In this document: positions 1 to 10,814 of the stretch, piece by piece
Numbering within the stretch: the stretch's first letter is position 1
Layout: every line of letters starts with the position of its first letter
NCBI GenBank assembly: GCA_966211675.1
Contig: CBIHPK010000001.1
Location: 27,814-91,813, forward strand
Direction of reading: 5' to 3'
Origin: an uncultured Myxococcaceae bacterium
GTDB lineage: Bacteria; Myxococcota_A; Polyangia; Polyangiales; Ga0077539
DNA: 64,000 nucleotides
Position numbers and translations under genes: made by a program
Notes under the pieces: model-generated
Told to the model about the DNA's origin: nothing
Seen by the model: only the letters and a program-made list of their open reading frames with translations
Databases searched by the model: none

Positions 1-112
1 CCTCAGCATCGGGACGCGTCGTCGGCGTCACCGTCTGCGCGTCGGCGCCCCCTACGGACAGTCCCAGTGCGACCAGCGCACCGAACGCAACCCGCCGTAC
101 CGCCAGAATCAT
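1..112 (-). CDS. Partial CDS (5' end only) of a secreted protein; continues past the left edge
   Basis: ATG at 112 on the minus strand is preceded by AGGAAGGAAG about 7 nt upstream. Hand translation MILAVRRVAFGALVALGLSVGGADAQTVTPTT is a typical signal peptide. It is absent from the ORF track because it runs off the window. Confidence 0.45.
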   Translation of the reverse strand, partial: MILAVRRVAFGALVALGLSVGGADAQTVTPTTRPDAE

Positions 113-298
113 CACGCGTCTTCCTTCCTACAGCCCTTCGAATCAGGGCCGATACTCTACCGACCAACCCATGGATGTCAACGCTCGCGGCATTCCGCGG
201 CGGAGCGTCGAGCATCGCCAGCTGAGGGGTTGGGTGTCTGCGCGGCCTCGCTGCATTCATCGACCGACCGCAGCCTCGAACGAGAGTCGCACCACAGG

Positions 299-1342
299 TC
301 ATCTGCGGCCAAACATGAAGCCCGCAACCCCTCCACCGATCATCCCCAGCTCCGTCACGGCCATGCGGGCGGCCGGTGGGGAGGAGGACTCGAAGAGCAA
401 CAGCCCCAGGCCGAAGCCCAGCAGCCCCCCGCCCAGCGCGCCGAGGTCGAGCCAGCGGGTCTGCGAGGGCGTCGGGCCCAGCGCGCCCGAGGTGATCATC
501 GCCGCGGTGGCGCCCAGCACCGTGCCCGAGAGGGCGAAGATCCCGATGTGCCGGTCGGACTGCGTGGCGATGCCCGTGACCAGTCCGAGGGCCGTGCCCC
601 ACATCGATCCGGACACCACGAAGGCCCCCGCTCCGGGCTCCGGGTGCAGAGTGAGCCCCAGGGCCACCCCCAGACCCAGGCCCAGGGTCGCGCCGCCCAG
701 CATCACCGAGGAGGCCATCGGCACCTCGCGCCCGGGTCGACCCGAGGCAAGCTCCGTCGCGAGGCCGGCGCCGATGAGCGTGCCCGCCACGAGGCCGGCG
801 TTCACCGTCGCCCCGAGGCCCGCCCTCACCGGGCGACGGTCGATGGCCCACGCGGTCACCGCCCCCGCCGAGGCGCCCAGCGCGGGCAGCCACGGCGCCG
901 TCAACGGTTCGTCCAGGGTCGCGAGCGCGTCGATCCAGAGGCCCACCGCGGCGCCGTACGCGATGGCGCTGCCGTAGAGGGTGGCCGCCTCCAGACCGCT
1001 ACGGCGGGGGCTCAGGGTCGGTGGGCCGAGCCTCGTGGCGGGAGATCCGGCCTCGAGGGAGCGGGCCACCCGGAGGAGCACGGCCAGGGTGGAGTAGCCG
1101 TTGGGGCTCTCTCCGCGCCGGCGGAGCTCTCCCTCCGCGATGGCGCGGGCGCTGCTCGGCTGCCCGCTGCCGAGGAGCGCGGTGACCTGGTCGAGCAGCG
1201 CTCGCTCCCACGCCGCGTCTCCAGGGGGGGTCGGCAGCCCGTCGACGCCGGGCGCCGGGGTCTGTGCCGGACAGGGGCGCGCTCCGACCGTGAGCGCCGC
1301 CGCCACCATCGCTCCGGCCGCGCGCCGTCCGACCAGCGACAT
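299..1342 (-). CDS. Membrane protein: signal peptide, soluble N-terminal region, Gly-rich multi-TM C-terminal half (function unknown)
   Basis: Internal ATG of track ORF 299..1744. The protein starts MSLVGRRAAGAMVAAALTV; the upstream part of the ORF is R/G-rich junk. The C-terminal half has repeated hydrophobic Gly-rich segments (GATLGLGLGVALGL, LGALGGGLLGFGLGLLLF). The start overlaps the upstream stop as ATGA. Confidence 0.7.
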   Translation of the reverse strand: MSLVGRRAAGAMVAAALTVGARPCPAQTPAPGVDGLPTPPGDAAWERALLDQVTALLGSGQPSSARAIAEGELRRRGESPNGYSTLAVLLRVARSLEAGSPATRLGPPTLSPRRSGLEAATLYGSAIAYGAAVGLWIDALATLDEPLTAPWLPALGASAGAVTAWAIDRRPVRAGLGATVNAGLVAGTLIGAGLATELASGRPGREVPMASSVMLGGATLGLGLGVALGLTLHPEPGAGAFVVSGSMWGTALGLVTGIATQSDRHIGIFALSGTVLGATAAMITSGALGPTPSQTRWLDLGALGGGLLGFGLGLLLFESSSPPAARMAVTELGMIGGGVAGFMFGRR

Positions 1343-1818
1343 CAGTGTTCGCGTCGTCGAAGCGCGGCGTCCCACCGCATGGCCACGCGGGCGACCGCGG
1401 CCTCGGACTCCTCGCCCAGCAGCTCGAGGGTCGTCTCCGCCCACCAGAGCGCGGTGCGATCGACCGCCACCGTGCGGCCGTCCGCGGAGGCCACGTCCCT
1501 CGCCACCCGGGCGAGCGAGTCGACCGCGTGGACCAGCGCCACCAGCGCCGGCGAGGCGCCCGAGGACTCGTCCCGCATCGAGCGGGCGCGGCCGTCGAGC
1601 TGATGGACCACCCCGTCGAGCTCCTCGGTGCTCGCGGCGCCGTCGCTCCAGCGGGCCAGAGCCTCGAGCGCCATCTCGGGGGTGTCGTCTTCGAGCAGGC
1701 GAGCGCCCTCGACGGCCTCGAGCGCCGCGCGCACGCCCTCGCACAACGCCGACACCTCACGCCGCGCCTCCGCGTCGCGAAGGAGGCCCGAACGGCTGCT
1801 CTCAAGGTTCTCGTTCAT
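1342..1818 (-). CDS. Hypothetical acidic helical cytoplasmic protein (158 aa)
   Basis: Internal ATG (MNENLESSRSGLL...) is preceded by GGTGGAGAG. Composition is ordinary and there is no signal peptide. The stop TGA overlaps the ATG of the downstream membrane-protein gene (ATGA at 1340-1344). Confidence 0.65.
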   Translation of the reverse strand: MNENLESSRSGLLRDAEARREVSALCEGVRAALEAVEGARLLEDDTPEMALEALARWSDGAASTEELDGVVHQLDGRARSMRDESSGASPALVALVHAVDSLARVARDVASADGRTVAVDRTALWWAETTLELLGEESEAAVARVAMRWDAALRRREH

Positions 1819-2032
1819 CGACTCTCCACCGTCAGCGTGTGCGACCCCATCGAGAATTCGCAAGGGACTTCGATGCTCGGGTCCAGGCTGCTTCAGGGTC
1901 CTCACGCGGTCACCTTCGGGCTCGTGGCGATAACTTCCACCCCATAAGGGGAGTACACCGATTGCGGGCTCGCGCGACCACCGCCGCGACGTGCGTCATC
2001 CTCCGATCGCGTCGTCGCCGGAGGCGATCGAC

Positions 2033-2719
2033 TCAGCGGGTGCGCGACGGGACCGTGCCGGGCACGGCCACCACCGGGGCCACGGCGGTCCACGGCTCGG
2101 CGAGCCAGACCCAGCGGCCGCCAGCAAAGGCGATGGGCTCGAAGACCACCGACTCCCCCCCCGCGCCCCGCACCGAGGCCCGGAAGTACCGCACCGTCGG
2201 GCGGAGGGCGGTGCGCACCGTCGCGATGCGCGGGTCGAAGCCGTGGGCCGCGCCGTCGGCGAGCTCCTCCCCGGTCGCGCCGAGCACCGTCACCGTCGCG
2301 CCGGGCCCGAGCGCCCGGAGCCGCCCGAGCTTCTCCTCGAGGCGCTCGCGGGCGGGCGGGACCACCGCGGCGTGCAGCTGCCGATGACCCTCGAAGGTGA
2401 ACGCCAGGGCGAAGCGCTCGTCGTCGAGGCGCAGCTGCTCCTCCAGGCGCTCGACCTGCTCGTGGTCACCCGCCGCGGCGGCGCGGGCCAGCTCGGTGAA
2501 CATCGCCTGCAGACCCGCGGCCGTGTCGGGGTAGGGCGAGACCGCGCGCAGCGGGTTGATCAGCTCGGCGGCCTCGTCCTCGACCGGGGCGGTGATGGCC
2601 CGCGAGGCGGCCGGGGCGACGGCGAGCGCCGCGGGCTGGGCCGCCGGGCGGGCGCGGTGGCGGGTGCAGGCGAGTGCCGAGAGCGCCACCAGGGCGAGGA
2701 GGACAGGTCGTTGCTTCAC
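2033..2719 (-). CDS. Hypothetical lipoprotein (228 aa)
   Basis: N-terminus MKQRPVLLALVALSALAC has a lipobox-like LSALAC. The rest has ordinary composition and no motif I recognise. Confidence 0.75.
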   Translation of the reverse strand: MKQRPVLLALVALSALACTRHRARPAAQPAALAVAPAASRAITAPVEDEAAELINPLRAVSPYPDTAAGLQAMFTELARAAAAGDHEQVERLEEQLRLDDERFALAFTFEGHRQLHAAVVPPARERLEEKLGRLRALGPGATVTVLGATGEELADGAAHGFDPRIATVRTALRPTVRYFRASVRGAGGESVVFEPIAFAGGRWVWLAEPWTAVAPVVAVPGTVPSRTR

Positions 2720-2816
2720 GGGCCGCGCACACTACGGGCACTCCAGCGGCGACGCAAAGCCCACTTCGCGGCGCGACGTTGACAAGTCAGCCCGGGCTTT
2801 GGTTTGTGCTCCCTCC

Positions 2817-4088
2817 ATGCACGCCGCCCGTGACCTCTGCGCCTTCGTCGACGCCTCGCCGTCGCCCTGGCACGCCGCCTTCACCCTCGCCGATCGGCTC
2901 GTCGCCAAGGGCTTTCGCCGCCTCGAGCTCGACGCGCCCGCGTGGGACCTCTCGCCCGGGAGCTGGTACGTCCACCGCAACGGCACCGTCATCGCGTGGC
3001 GCCTGCGCGAGGGCGCGCTGCGCCGCTTCGCCGTGGTCGGGGCCCACACCGACTCGCCCAACCTCCGGCTCAAGCCGCGCGCCGCGTACACCAGCGAGGG
3101 CTGCCTCCAGCTCGGCGTCGAGGTCTACGGCGGGGCCCTCTGGAACTCCTGGCTCGACCGCGACCTGGGCCTCGCCGGGGTCGTCTTTACCGAGGACGGT
3201 AAGGCCCACCCGCTGCGCGTGCACCGCCCCATCGCGCGGGTGTCGCAGCTCGCGATCCACCTCGACCGGTCGGTGAACACCGACGGTCTCAAGCTCAATC
3301 CCCAGCTACACCTCGCGCCCACCTGGGGCCTGGCCCGGCCCGGGGTCGACGCCGCCGAGGCGCTCTTCGCCCTGCTCGCCGACGCGGCCGGGGTCGACCC
3401 CAAGGCCGTGCGCTCGCACGACGTCTCGCTCTACGACCTCACCCCCTCGACCCTCGGCGGCATGGACGAGTCACTGATCTTCGCCCCGAGGCTCGACAAC
3501 CTCGCCTGCTCGCACGCGGGCCTCGCGGCCATGGAGGCCGCGGAGGTCGGCCGCGACGACACCTGCGCGGTGCTCGCGTGCTTCGACCACGAGGAGGTCG
3601 GCTCGTCGAGCCTCGACGGCGCCGACGGGACCCTGCTCTCGGTGGTGCTCGAGCGCATCGCCGCCGAGCGCGGCCTCACCCGGAGCGCCTGGCACGCCTC
3701 CATCGCGTCCAGCCTGATGTTGTCGGCGGACATGGCCCACGCGGCGCACCCCAACTACGGCGACAAGCACGAGCCGAGGCACAAGCCCGTGCTGGGCGGG
3801 GGGCCGGTGCTCAAGACGAATTACAACCTCCGGTATGGGTCGAGCGCCAGCACCGCGGCCGCCCTCCGGGGTCTGGCCGCCAGCGTCGGCGTCACCCTCC
3901 AGGACTTCGTCACCCGCACCGACATCGGCTGCGGCTCGACCATCGGACCCATCTGCGCCTCGCGCCTCGGCATGCCGGTGGTCGACCTCGGCGACCCCAT
4001 GCTCTCCATGCACTCGGCCCGGGAGTGCGCGGCGGCGGAGGATCATCCACGTTTGATCGCGCTATTGAATGCGCACCTGACGGTGTAG
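2817..4088 (+). CDS. M18-family aminopeptidase (aspartyl aminopeptidase-like)
   Basis: Internal ATG of ORF 2556..4088. Motifs SPWHAAF, VGAHTDSPNLRLKP, FDHEEVGS, SADMAHAAHPNY and GSTIGP are characteristic of peptidase M18. Confidence 0.9.
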   Translation: MHAARDLCAFVDASPSPWHAAFTLADRLVAKGFRRLELDAPAWDLSPGSWYVHRNGTVIAWRLREGALRRFAVVGAHTDSPNLRLKPRAAYTSEGCLQLGVEVYGGALWNSWLDRDLGLAGVVFTEDGKAHPLRVHRPIARVSQLAIHLDRSVNTDGLKLNPQLHLAPTWGLARPGVDAAEALFALLADAAGVDPKAVRSHDVSLYDLTPSTLGGMDESLIFAPRLDNLACSHAGLAAMEAAEVGRDDTCAVLACFDHEEVGSSSLDGADGTLLSVVLERIAAERGLTRSAWHASIASSLMLSADMAHAAHPNYGDKHEPRHKPVLGGGPVLKTNYNLRYGSSASTAAALRGLAASVGVTLQDFVTRTDIGCGSTIGPICASRLGMPVVDLGDPMLSMHSARECAAAEDHPRLIALLNAHLTV

Positions 4089-4111
4089 TCTCCGCGGACA
4101 GTGGAGCATGG

Positions 4112-5020
<909 letters not shown>

Positions 5021-5041
5021 GAGGGCGCCCCGAGGAGGGCG

Positions 5042-5866
5042 TCACTCGGTGCTGAGCTCGTAGCGGTTGGCGCCCACCTCGATGGTGTCGCCGACGCGGA
5101 GGCGCGTGGCCTTCACCGTGGCGCCGTTGACCTTCACGCCGGGCCAGAACATGGCGCTCTGGAGGTTCCAGGTGTGGCCGTCCCAGCGAAGGGTGAAGCC
5201 GTCGCCGATGAGCAGGAAGCCCCGCAGCGGGAGCTCGGAGCTGTTCTTGGAGACGTGCGTGGGCTCGCTCTCCGAGAGCACCCGCCGACCGCCGCGGCGG
5301 TCGGTGCACACGAGCACCGCGCGCTTGGCGTCGCGCACCACCCGCGCCGAGGAGCGCACCTCGACCTCGGTCATCACGCGGGTGCCGGCGGTCTCGTTGA
5401 GCATCGAGGCGTCGACGTCGGCGGGAGGCTCCGCGGGCTCGACCGTCGCGGCGCCGCAGCGGGGGCAGGGGGAGTCGTGGCGAAACGCCGAGGCCATGCC
5501 CGTCCACCAGCAGCGCTGGCAGACGACCTGCTGGAGCTGCCGGTGATCCATGAGGTGCGACGCGTTCGCCGGGTTGAGCACGAACACGATCATGCAGTCG
5601 TTGCCCACGACGACCTCGGCCATGTCGGAGACCGGCGCGGAGGTCGTCACCAGCAGCCCGTCGACCACGATGGGGTTCGACCCGGACACACAGGAGACGT
5701 GCCACTGGCGACGCTCGTCCTGCATGAAGGCCGCGTGCTCGCGGGACACGGTGTCGTTGGCGACCACGATGTCGTTCTCCGGGTCGCGGCCCACGCGCAC
5801 GGGCGGCGTGTCGATGGAGACGCGACGCATCGGCTGGCCCAGGCGGTACACGAGGAAGGCTGGCAT
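5042..5866 (-). CDS. FHA-domain protein with a central zinc ribbon and a second C-terminal FHA-like module
   Basis: N-terminal FHA signature: VRVGRDPENDIVVANDTVSREHAAF...NPIVVDG. Central CQRC...CPRCG zinc ribbon. C-terminal GFTLRWDG...VKVNGATV...RVGDTIEVGANRYEL. Confidence 0.85.
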   Translation of the reverse strand: MPAFLVYRLGQPMRRVSIDTPPVRVGRDPENDIVVANDTVSREHAAFMQDERRQWHVSCVSGSNPIVVDGLLVTTSAPVSDMAEVVVGNDCMIVFVLNPANASHLMDHRQLQQVVCQRCWWTGMASAFRHDSPCPRCGAATVEPAEPPADVDASMLNETAGTRVMTEVEVRSSARVVRDAKRAVLVCTDRRGGRRVLSESEPTHVSKNSSELPLRGFLLIGDGFTLRWDGHTWNLQSAMFWPGVKVNGATVKATRLRVGDTIEVGANRYELSTE

Positions 5867-5947
5867 TTCGGGTCGATGGGTCTATCAATCGAGCGCGGGC
5901 GTCAAGCGCGCCGGGCCGCGGCGTGGGCGCCGCTGGCCGTGCTACCG

Positions 5948-6952
5948 ATGGAGCCACCGATGGAGTACGCGCTGCTGGGGCACACGGGCGTGCGGGTCTC
6001 GCGACTCGCGCTGGGGACGATGACCTTCGGGGGGCAGGCCGACGCGGCGGCGTCGCGCGCGCTCTTCGACCGGGCCCGCGCGGCGGGCGTCAACCACTTC
6101 GACACCGCCGACGTCTACAACGACGGCACCAGCGAGGCGCTGCTCGGGGCGATGGTGCGCGACTGCCGCGACGAGGTCGTGCTCGCGAGCAAGGCCTACT
6201 TCCCCACGGGCTCCGACCGCAACGCGCGCGGCACCTCGCGCTATCACCTCGTGCGCGCCTGCGAGGCGAGCCTGCGCCGGCTCGGCACCGACCGCATCGA
6301 CCTCTACTACCTGCACCGCTTCGACGACGACGCCGCGCTCGAGGAGACGCTCCGCGGCGTCGAGCTGCTGGTGCAGTCGGGGAAGATCCTCTATCCGGCG
6401 GTGAGCAACTTCGCGGCGTGGCAGGCCATGAAGGCGCTCGGCGTGCAGCGGCAGCGCGGATGGGCGCCGGTCGTCGCGATGCAGCCGATGTACAACCTCG
6501 CCAAGCGGCAGGCGGAGGTCGAGCTGCTGCCGCTGGCCAGGAGCGAGGGGCTCGCGGTGTTTCCGTACAGCCCCCTGGGCGGGGGACTGCTCAGCGGGAA
6601 GTACGGCGAGCGCGACCGCCCCTCGGACGGGCGCATCGCCGCGTGGGCGATGTACCAGGCGCGCTACGGGGCGGAGGATCACTTCGCGCTGGCCGAGCGC
6701 TTCCGAGCGCTCGCGGCGGAGGCCGGGTGGCACCCCGCGGCGCTCGCGGTCGCGTGGGTGATGAGCCACCCCGGGGTGACCGCTCCCATCCTCGGCGCGA
6801 CGAGGGTCGAGCAGCTGGAGCCCGCGCTCGCGGCGGCCGAGCGGGCGCTCTCGCCGGAGCTGCGCGAGCGGGTGTCGGCGCTGTGGCCCGAGCCGCCGCC
6901 GGCGACCGATCGCAACGAGGAGGGGAAGGTCCCGGGGCCGGGCGCGAGGTGA
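5948..6952 (+). CDS. Aldo/keto reductase
   Basis: Motifs LGTMTFGG, NHFDTADVYNDGTSE, DLYYLHRFD and PYSPLGGGLLSGKY. The start is internal to ORF 5174..6952 (MEPPMEY; ATG at 5960 is an alternative). Confidence 0.9.
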   Translation: MEPPMEYALLGHTGVRVSRLALGTMTFGGQADAAASRALFDRARAAGVNHFDTADVYNDGTSEALLGAMVRDCRDEVVLASKAYFPTGSDRNARGTSRYHLVRACEASLRRLGTDRIDLYYLHRFDDDAALEETLRGVELLVQSGKILYPAVSNFAAWQAMKALGVQRQRGWAPVVAMQPMYNLAKRQAEVELLPLARSEGLAVFPYSPLGGGLLSGKYGERDRPSDGRIAAWAMYQARYGAEDHFALAERFRALAAEAGWHPAALAVAWVMSHPGVTAPILGATRVEQLEPALAAAERALSPELRERVSALWPEPPPATDRNEEGKVPGPGAR

Positions 6953-7933
6953 ATGGCGATGGGCGCGGCGCGGCTGGCGGGGCTGATGACGGAGGCCTGG
7001 TGGGAGACGCTGCGGGCGAGGCTGCGTCAGGGGCCGCTGCGCCCGGGATGGTCCTTCGTGTTCGAGCTGGTGATCCGGTTCTTGCGGCGTGACCAGGTGG
7101 AGATGTCCACCTGGGCCCCGGCGAGGATGAGGGCCGACCTGGAGGGGCGTCGGTACCCGAGCGCGATGGCGAAGCGGTGCTCGCGCCGGGCGGCGAGCGT
7201 GGGGGGCGTCGGGGGCGAGTGGTTCGAGCCGCCGAGCGCGCCCGCCGACGCGGCGCTGGTCTACGTCCACGGGGGGTCCTTCCTCGCGGGCTCGACGCGC
7301 ACGCACGCGGACGTCATCGCCCGCTACGCTCTGGCGACGGGGCTGCGCACCTTCGCTCCGAACTATCGCCTCGCGCCGGAGCACCCGTACCCCGCGGCGG
7401 CCGAGGACGTCCTCGCGGTGCATCGCGCGCTCGTGGCGTCGGGCCTCGCGCCCTCGCGCCTCGCGGTCGCGGGCGAGTCCGCGGGGGCCAATCTCGTGGT
7501 GAAGCTGCTGCTCGACCTGCGCGACGCGGACGAGCCGCCCCCCGCCGCCGCGGTCGCCGTCTCCGGGTGGTTCGATCTCACCGGCGCGCAGCCCTCGATG
7601 CGCTCGCACGAGGCCTTCGACTTCGGCACGAGGGAGATGCTCCTCACGCAGGCGAGGCACGCCGCCGGATCGCTCCCGCTCGACCACCCCTCCCTCTCGC
7701 TGGTGAACGCCGACCTCCGGGCGATCGGTCCGCTGCTGGTGCAGGCCGGCACCGCCGAGATGCTCTTCGACGAGGGCCGGCTCCTCTATGAGCGAGCGAA
7801 GGAGGCGGGGGCCGACGTGCGCTTCGACCCGCTGCCCGAGATGCCCCACGCCGCTCCGCTGCTGGCGGTCGTCTCCGAAGAGGGCGTCCGCGCCATCGAG
7901 CGGGGCGCGCGCTTCATCCGCGAAGGGATCTAG
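6953..7933 (+). CDS. Alpha/beta hydrolase, HSL-type esterase/lipase family
   Basis: Oxyanion-hole motif HGGSF, nucleophile elbow GESAGAN, and NYRLAPEHPYPAA. The ATG directly abuts the AKR stop codon. Confidence 0.85.
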   Translation: MAMGAARLAGLMTEAWWETLRARLRQGPLRPGWSFVFELVIRFLRRDQVEMSTWAPARMRADLEGRRYPSAMAKRCSRRAASVGGVGGEWFEPPSAPADAALVYVHGGSFLAGSTRTHADVIARYALATGLRTFAPNYRLAPEHPYPAAAEDVLAVHRALVASGLAPSRLAVAGESAGANLVVKLLLDLRDADEPPPAAAVAVSGWFDLTGAQPSMRSHEAFDFGTREMLLTQARHAAGSLPLDHPSLSLVNADLRAIGPLLVQAGTAEMLFDEGRLLYERAKEAGADVRFDPLPEMPHAAPLLAVVSEEGVRAIERGARFIREGI

Positions 7934-8142
7934 TAGCCCGTCACATCCCCTGCGACGAGGTACCAGGCGAACGGTCCCTTCGCGGGAGCGCATCGCGTGC
8001 GGTCGTTGGTGCGCCGCGCGCACGAGGCGTCACCGTGCGCCCCTCGGTGGTGGGCGGGAGGCCCTGTATTCTTCGTGAATTCTCGTCGGGGCACGCCTGC
8101 TGCACACGACGTCGATCTCTCCCAGCGGCATCGGGGATCTCA

Positions 8143-8210
8143 GGTACGAGCGCGAGGCGTCGGGGGGCGCTTCGTGCTCGTACCCGAGGGCCCCGTCGGG
8201 GAGGGGGCCC
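8143..8210. terminator. Two tandem GC-rich hairpins between convergent genes (candidate bidirectional terminator)
   Basis: Hairpin 1 pairs 8143-8159 with 8168-8184: a 17-bp stem with two G-U pairs on the plus-strand RNA and an 8-nt loop. Hairpin 2 pairs GGGCCCC 8188-8194 with GGGGCCC 8204-8210 around a 9-nt loop. No U tract follows. Confidence 0.35.
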
Positions 8211-8219
8211 GTCGTGGGG

Positions 8220-10814
8220 CTATGGCTCGACGATGGCCTCGGCCATCTGCAGGTCGTCCACCCGGCGCAGCAGCATCACCGGCCGCCCCGCCTCGCGCGA
8301 GCGCCGCAGGTCGACCTCCACCTCCAGGAACCAGTCCAGGTCGCCCTCGTCGTCGACCAGGGTCTGCTGGATGTCCCAGACCTCGTCGGTCTCCTTGAGC
8401 ACCCGGGTGTTCTTCGGGGCGCGGGCCTCGACGTCCACGCGCAGCCTCGGGTGCACCTGGAAGTACCGCCACATCTCCGCCTGCAGCACCGACGACGACC
8501 ACAGGGGCTCCTCGGCCCCGAGCGGCGCGTCGATGAGCCGCGACGCGTAGGACCAGTCGCCGTTGGCGATCGCGCGCACCAGCGAGAAGAGCGCCTTGCG
8601 CACCATGGCCGTGAAGGCCCGGCGGTTGCGCGTGATGTCCGGCGGGGGAGCCGCCACGTCCGACACCGGCGGCGGCGCGAGCACGTCGTCCGGGTCCGGC
8701 GCGCGGAGGCGCTCCCACTCGTCGAGCAGGCTCGAGTCCACGTCGCGCACCAGCGCCCGGAGGAACACCAATATCTCCGTGAGCTCCACGGTGCGGTCGG
8801 TCACCGGCACGGTCTGCGAGAGCACCTTGTAGACGTCCGAGAGGTAGCGCAGCAGCACGCCCTCGCTGCGCTGCAGCTCATACTCCCGGATGTAATCCGC
8901 GAAGGTGCTGTAGTTCTCGAACATCTCGCGCGCGATGGCCTTCGGCCGGATGTTCTCCGTGCCCACCCACGGGTGCGCCGCGGCGAAGGCGTTGAAGGTC
9001 TCGTAGATGAACTCCGCGCCGGGCTTCGGGTAGCTGATCTTCTCCAGCTCCTCCATCCGCTTGTCGTACTCCACGCCCTCCGCCTTCATGCGGTTGATGG
9101 CCTCGCGCTTGAGGTTGTCCACCTGCTTGAAGAGGATCGCGTCGGGGTTCTCCGCGATGCTCTCGCAGAGCGTGAGCACGTCGAGCGCCCACATCGGCGA
9201 CTCCGCGTCGAGCTTGGGGAGCGTGTCGATGAGCCAGAGCGACAGGGTGTTGTGGAGGTTGAAGTCCACCTGCAGGTCGGTGCGCACCTCGAAGCGCTCG
9301 CCCGCGCCGTCGCCCGCGTCGACCTTGCGCACGATGCCCGCCCCCACCAGCGACTGGAACATCGTCCACGCCATCTGCCCGTGGCGGCGCTTCTCCTTCG
9401 GGCCCGCGTGCGCGCTCTTGATGAGCCTGCGCATCGCGCGACACCCGTCGTGCAGCCTCCCCGGCCGCTGGAGCATCGCCAGCACCATCGCGTGCGTCAC
9501 CCGGAAGCGCGACGTGAGCGGCTCCGGCAGGCTCGTCCGCAGCTTGTCGAAGGTCGCCCGGTCCCAGTGCGCGTAGCCCTTCTCCGGGGGCTTGTGCTTC
9601 ACCAGCTTGCGCTTCTTCTTCGGGTCGTCGCCGGCCTTCATCTCCGCGCGGAGGTTCTCGATGACGTGCTCCGGGGCCTGGCAGACCACCCAGCCCTCGT
9701 CGTCGAAGCCCTTCCTCCCCGCGCGCCCCGCGATCTGGTGGAAGTCGCGCGCCGTCAGGATGCCGGTCTTCTCCCCGTCGTACTTGCAGAGCTTGGTGAA
9801 GAGCACCGTTCGGATGGGGATGTTCACCCCGACGCCGAGCGTGTCGGTGCCGCAGATGATCTTCAGCATCCCCTGCTGCGCGAGCTTCTCCACCATCAGC
9901 CGGTAGCGCGGGAGCAGCCCCGCGTGGTGCAGCCCGATGCCGTGCCTCAGGAACTTCTGCAGCTCCTTCCCATAGGGGCTCGCGAAGTCCTCGCCGCGCA
10001 TCGCGTCGACCAGGGCCTTCTTCTCCTCCTTGGTGCAGTAGTCCGAGCTCATCAGGTTCTGCGCCTCCTCGGCGCAGGCCCGCTGGGTGAAGTTCACCAG
10101 GTAGATCGGGTGGCGGTTCTTCTCCACGAGGTGCTCGACGGCCTCGTGCATGGGCTCTTCGGAGTAGCTGAAGTTGAGCGGCACCGGACGGAGCATCGAG
10201 CGCACGGTCACCGTGGGCCGGCCCGTGGTGCGGGTGATCTCCGTGGCGAAGAAGGTCGTGTCGCCGAGCGTCGCGCTCATCAGCAGGAAGGTGGCGCTCG
10301 ACAGCGTGAGCAGCGGCACCTGCCAGGCCACGCCCCGCTCCTTGTCGGCGTAGTAGTGGAACTCGTCCATCACCACCACGTCCGCCGACGCCAGGTGCCC
10401 CTCGCGCAGGCACATGCTCAGCAGGATCTCCGCGGTGCAGCACAGGATGGGCGCGTCGCGGTTGATGCTCGCGTCGCCGGTGAGCATCCCCACGTTGTCG
10501 GGGCCGAAGTCGTCGCAGAGCGCGAAGAACTTCTCGCTCACCAGCGCCTTGATGGGGCAGGTGTAGACCGAGCGCAGCCCGAGGCTCATCGCGCGGAAGA
10601 TCATCGCCGTCGCGACCAGCGATTTGCCCGACCCGGTGGGCGTGTTGAGGATCACGTTGCGGCCGCCGACGATCTCCAGCAGCGCGTCCTCCTGCGCGGG
10701 GTAGAGCGAGAGGCCGCGCTCGCCCACGTAGTCGAGGAAGCGCGCGAAGATGTCGTCGGAGCTCACCTCGCCGGGGGTCTCCGGGAGGTGCCGGCCGAGG
10801 GGCGAGCTGTTCAC
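8220..10814 (-). CDS. DExH-box (Ski2-like) helicase with a long C-terminal extension (DUF3516-like)
   Basis: Motifs: Walker [26 protein letters not shown]. The GTG at 10814 (VNSSPLG) overlaps the amidase stop as GTGA. The upstream part of track ORF 8220..12128 is out-of-frame shadow of the amidase gene. Confidence 0.9.
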   Translation of the reverse strand: MNSSPLGRHLPETPGEVSSDDIFARFLDYVGERGLSLYPAQEDALLEIVGGRNVILNTPTGSGKSLVATAMIFRAMSLGLRSVYTCPIKALVSEKFFALCDDFGPDNVGMLTGDASINRDAPILCCTAEILLSMCLREGHLASADVVVMDEFHYYADKERGVAWQVPLLTLSSATFLLMSATLGDTTFFATEITRTTGRPTVTVRSMLRPVPLNFSYSEEPMHEAVEHLVEKNRHPIYLVNFTQRACAEEAQNLMSSDYCTKEEKKALVDAMRGEDFASPYGKELQKFLRHGIGLHHAGLLPRYRLMVEKLAQQGMLKIICGTDTLGVGVNIPIRTVLFTKLCKYDGEKTGILTARDFHQIAGRAGRKGFDDEGWVVCQAPEHVIENLRAEMKAGDDPKKKRKLVKHKPPEKGYAHWDRATFDKLRTSLPEPLTSRFRVTHAMVLAMLQRPGRLHDGCRAMRRLIKSAHAGPKEKRRHGQMAWTMFQSLVGAGIVRKVDAGDGAGERFEVRTDLQVDFNLHNTLSLWLIDTLPKLDAESPMWALDVLTLCESIAENPDAILFKQVDNLKREAINRMKAEGVEYDKRMEELEKISYPKPGAEFIYETFNAFAAAHPWVGTENIRPKAIAREMFENYSTFADYIREYELQRSEGVLLRYLSDVYKVLSQTVPVTDRTVELTEILVFLRALVRDVDSSLLDEWERLRAPDPDDVLAPPPVSDVAAPPPDITRNRRAFTAMVRKALFSLVRAIANGDWSYASRLIDAPLGAEEPLWSSSVLQAEMWRYFQVHPRLRVDVEARAPKNTRVLKETDEVWDIQQTLVDDEGDLDWFLEVEVDLRRSREAGRPVMLLRRVDDLQMAEAIVEP

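Noticed and set aside
133-150. TTCGAATC-containing hairpin (GCCCT-TCGAATC-AGGGC) that resembles a tRNA T-arm
   Set aside because: The stem/loop register does not give the conserved G53-C61 pair with a TTCRANN loop. No acceptor, D or anticodon arms can be built from the flanking sequence on either strand. It is probably an incidental hairpin in the 5' region of the partial gene.
2779-2807. TTGACA hexamers at 2779-2784 and 17574-17579 in divergent intergenic regions, possible -35 boxes
   Set aside because: The sequences 17 nt downstream (GTTTGT and TGAGAC) are poor -10 elements. Myxobacterial promoters are not reliably recognisable by eye, so these are not annotated.
5942-8023. 693-aa minus-strand ORF, and similarly 3..893 (-), 230..1603 (+), 8214..11066 (+), 8878..10443 (-), 12264..14711 (+), 12394..14382 (-), 21068..23893 (-), 22561..24270 (+), 26440..28974 (-), 28665..30428 (-), 32977..35175 (+), 39034..41709 (-), 42771..45056 (-), 52613..54085 (-), 55102..58497 (+), 60526..62559 (-), 61332..63179 (+)
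   Set aside because: These are shadow ORFs typical of very GC-rich DNA. Their translations are dominated by Arg/Gly/Pro/Ala/His runs and have no motifs. Each lies antisense to, or out of frame with, a gene that has clear catalytic motifs or a signal peptide.
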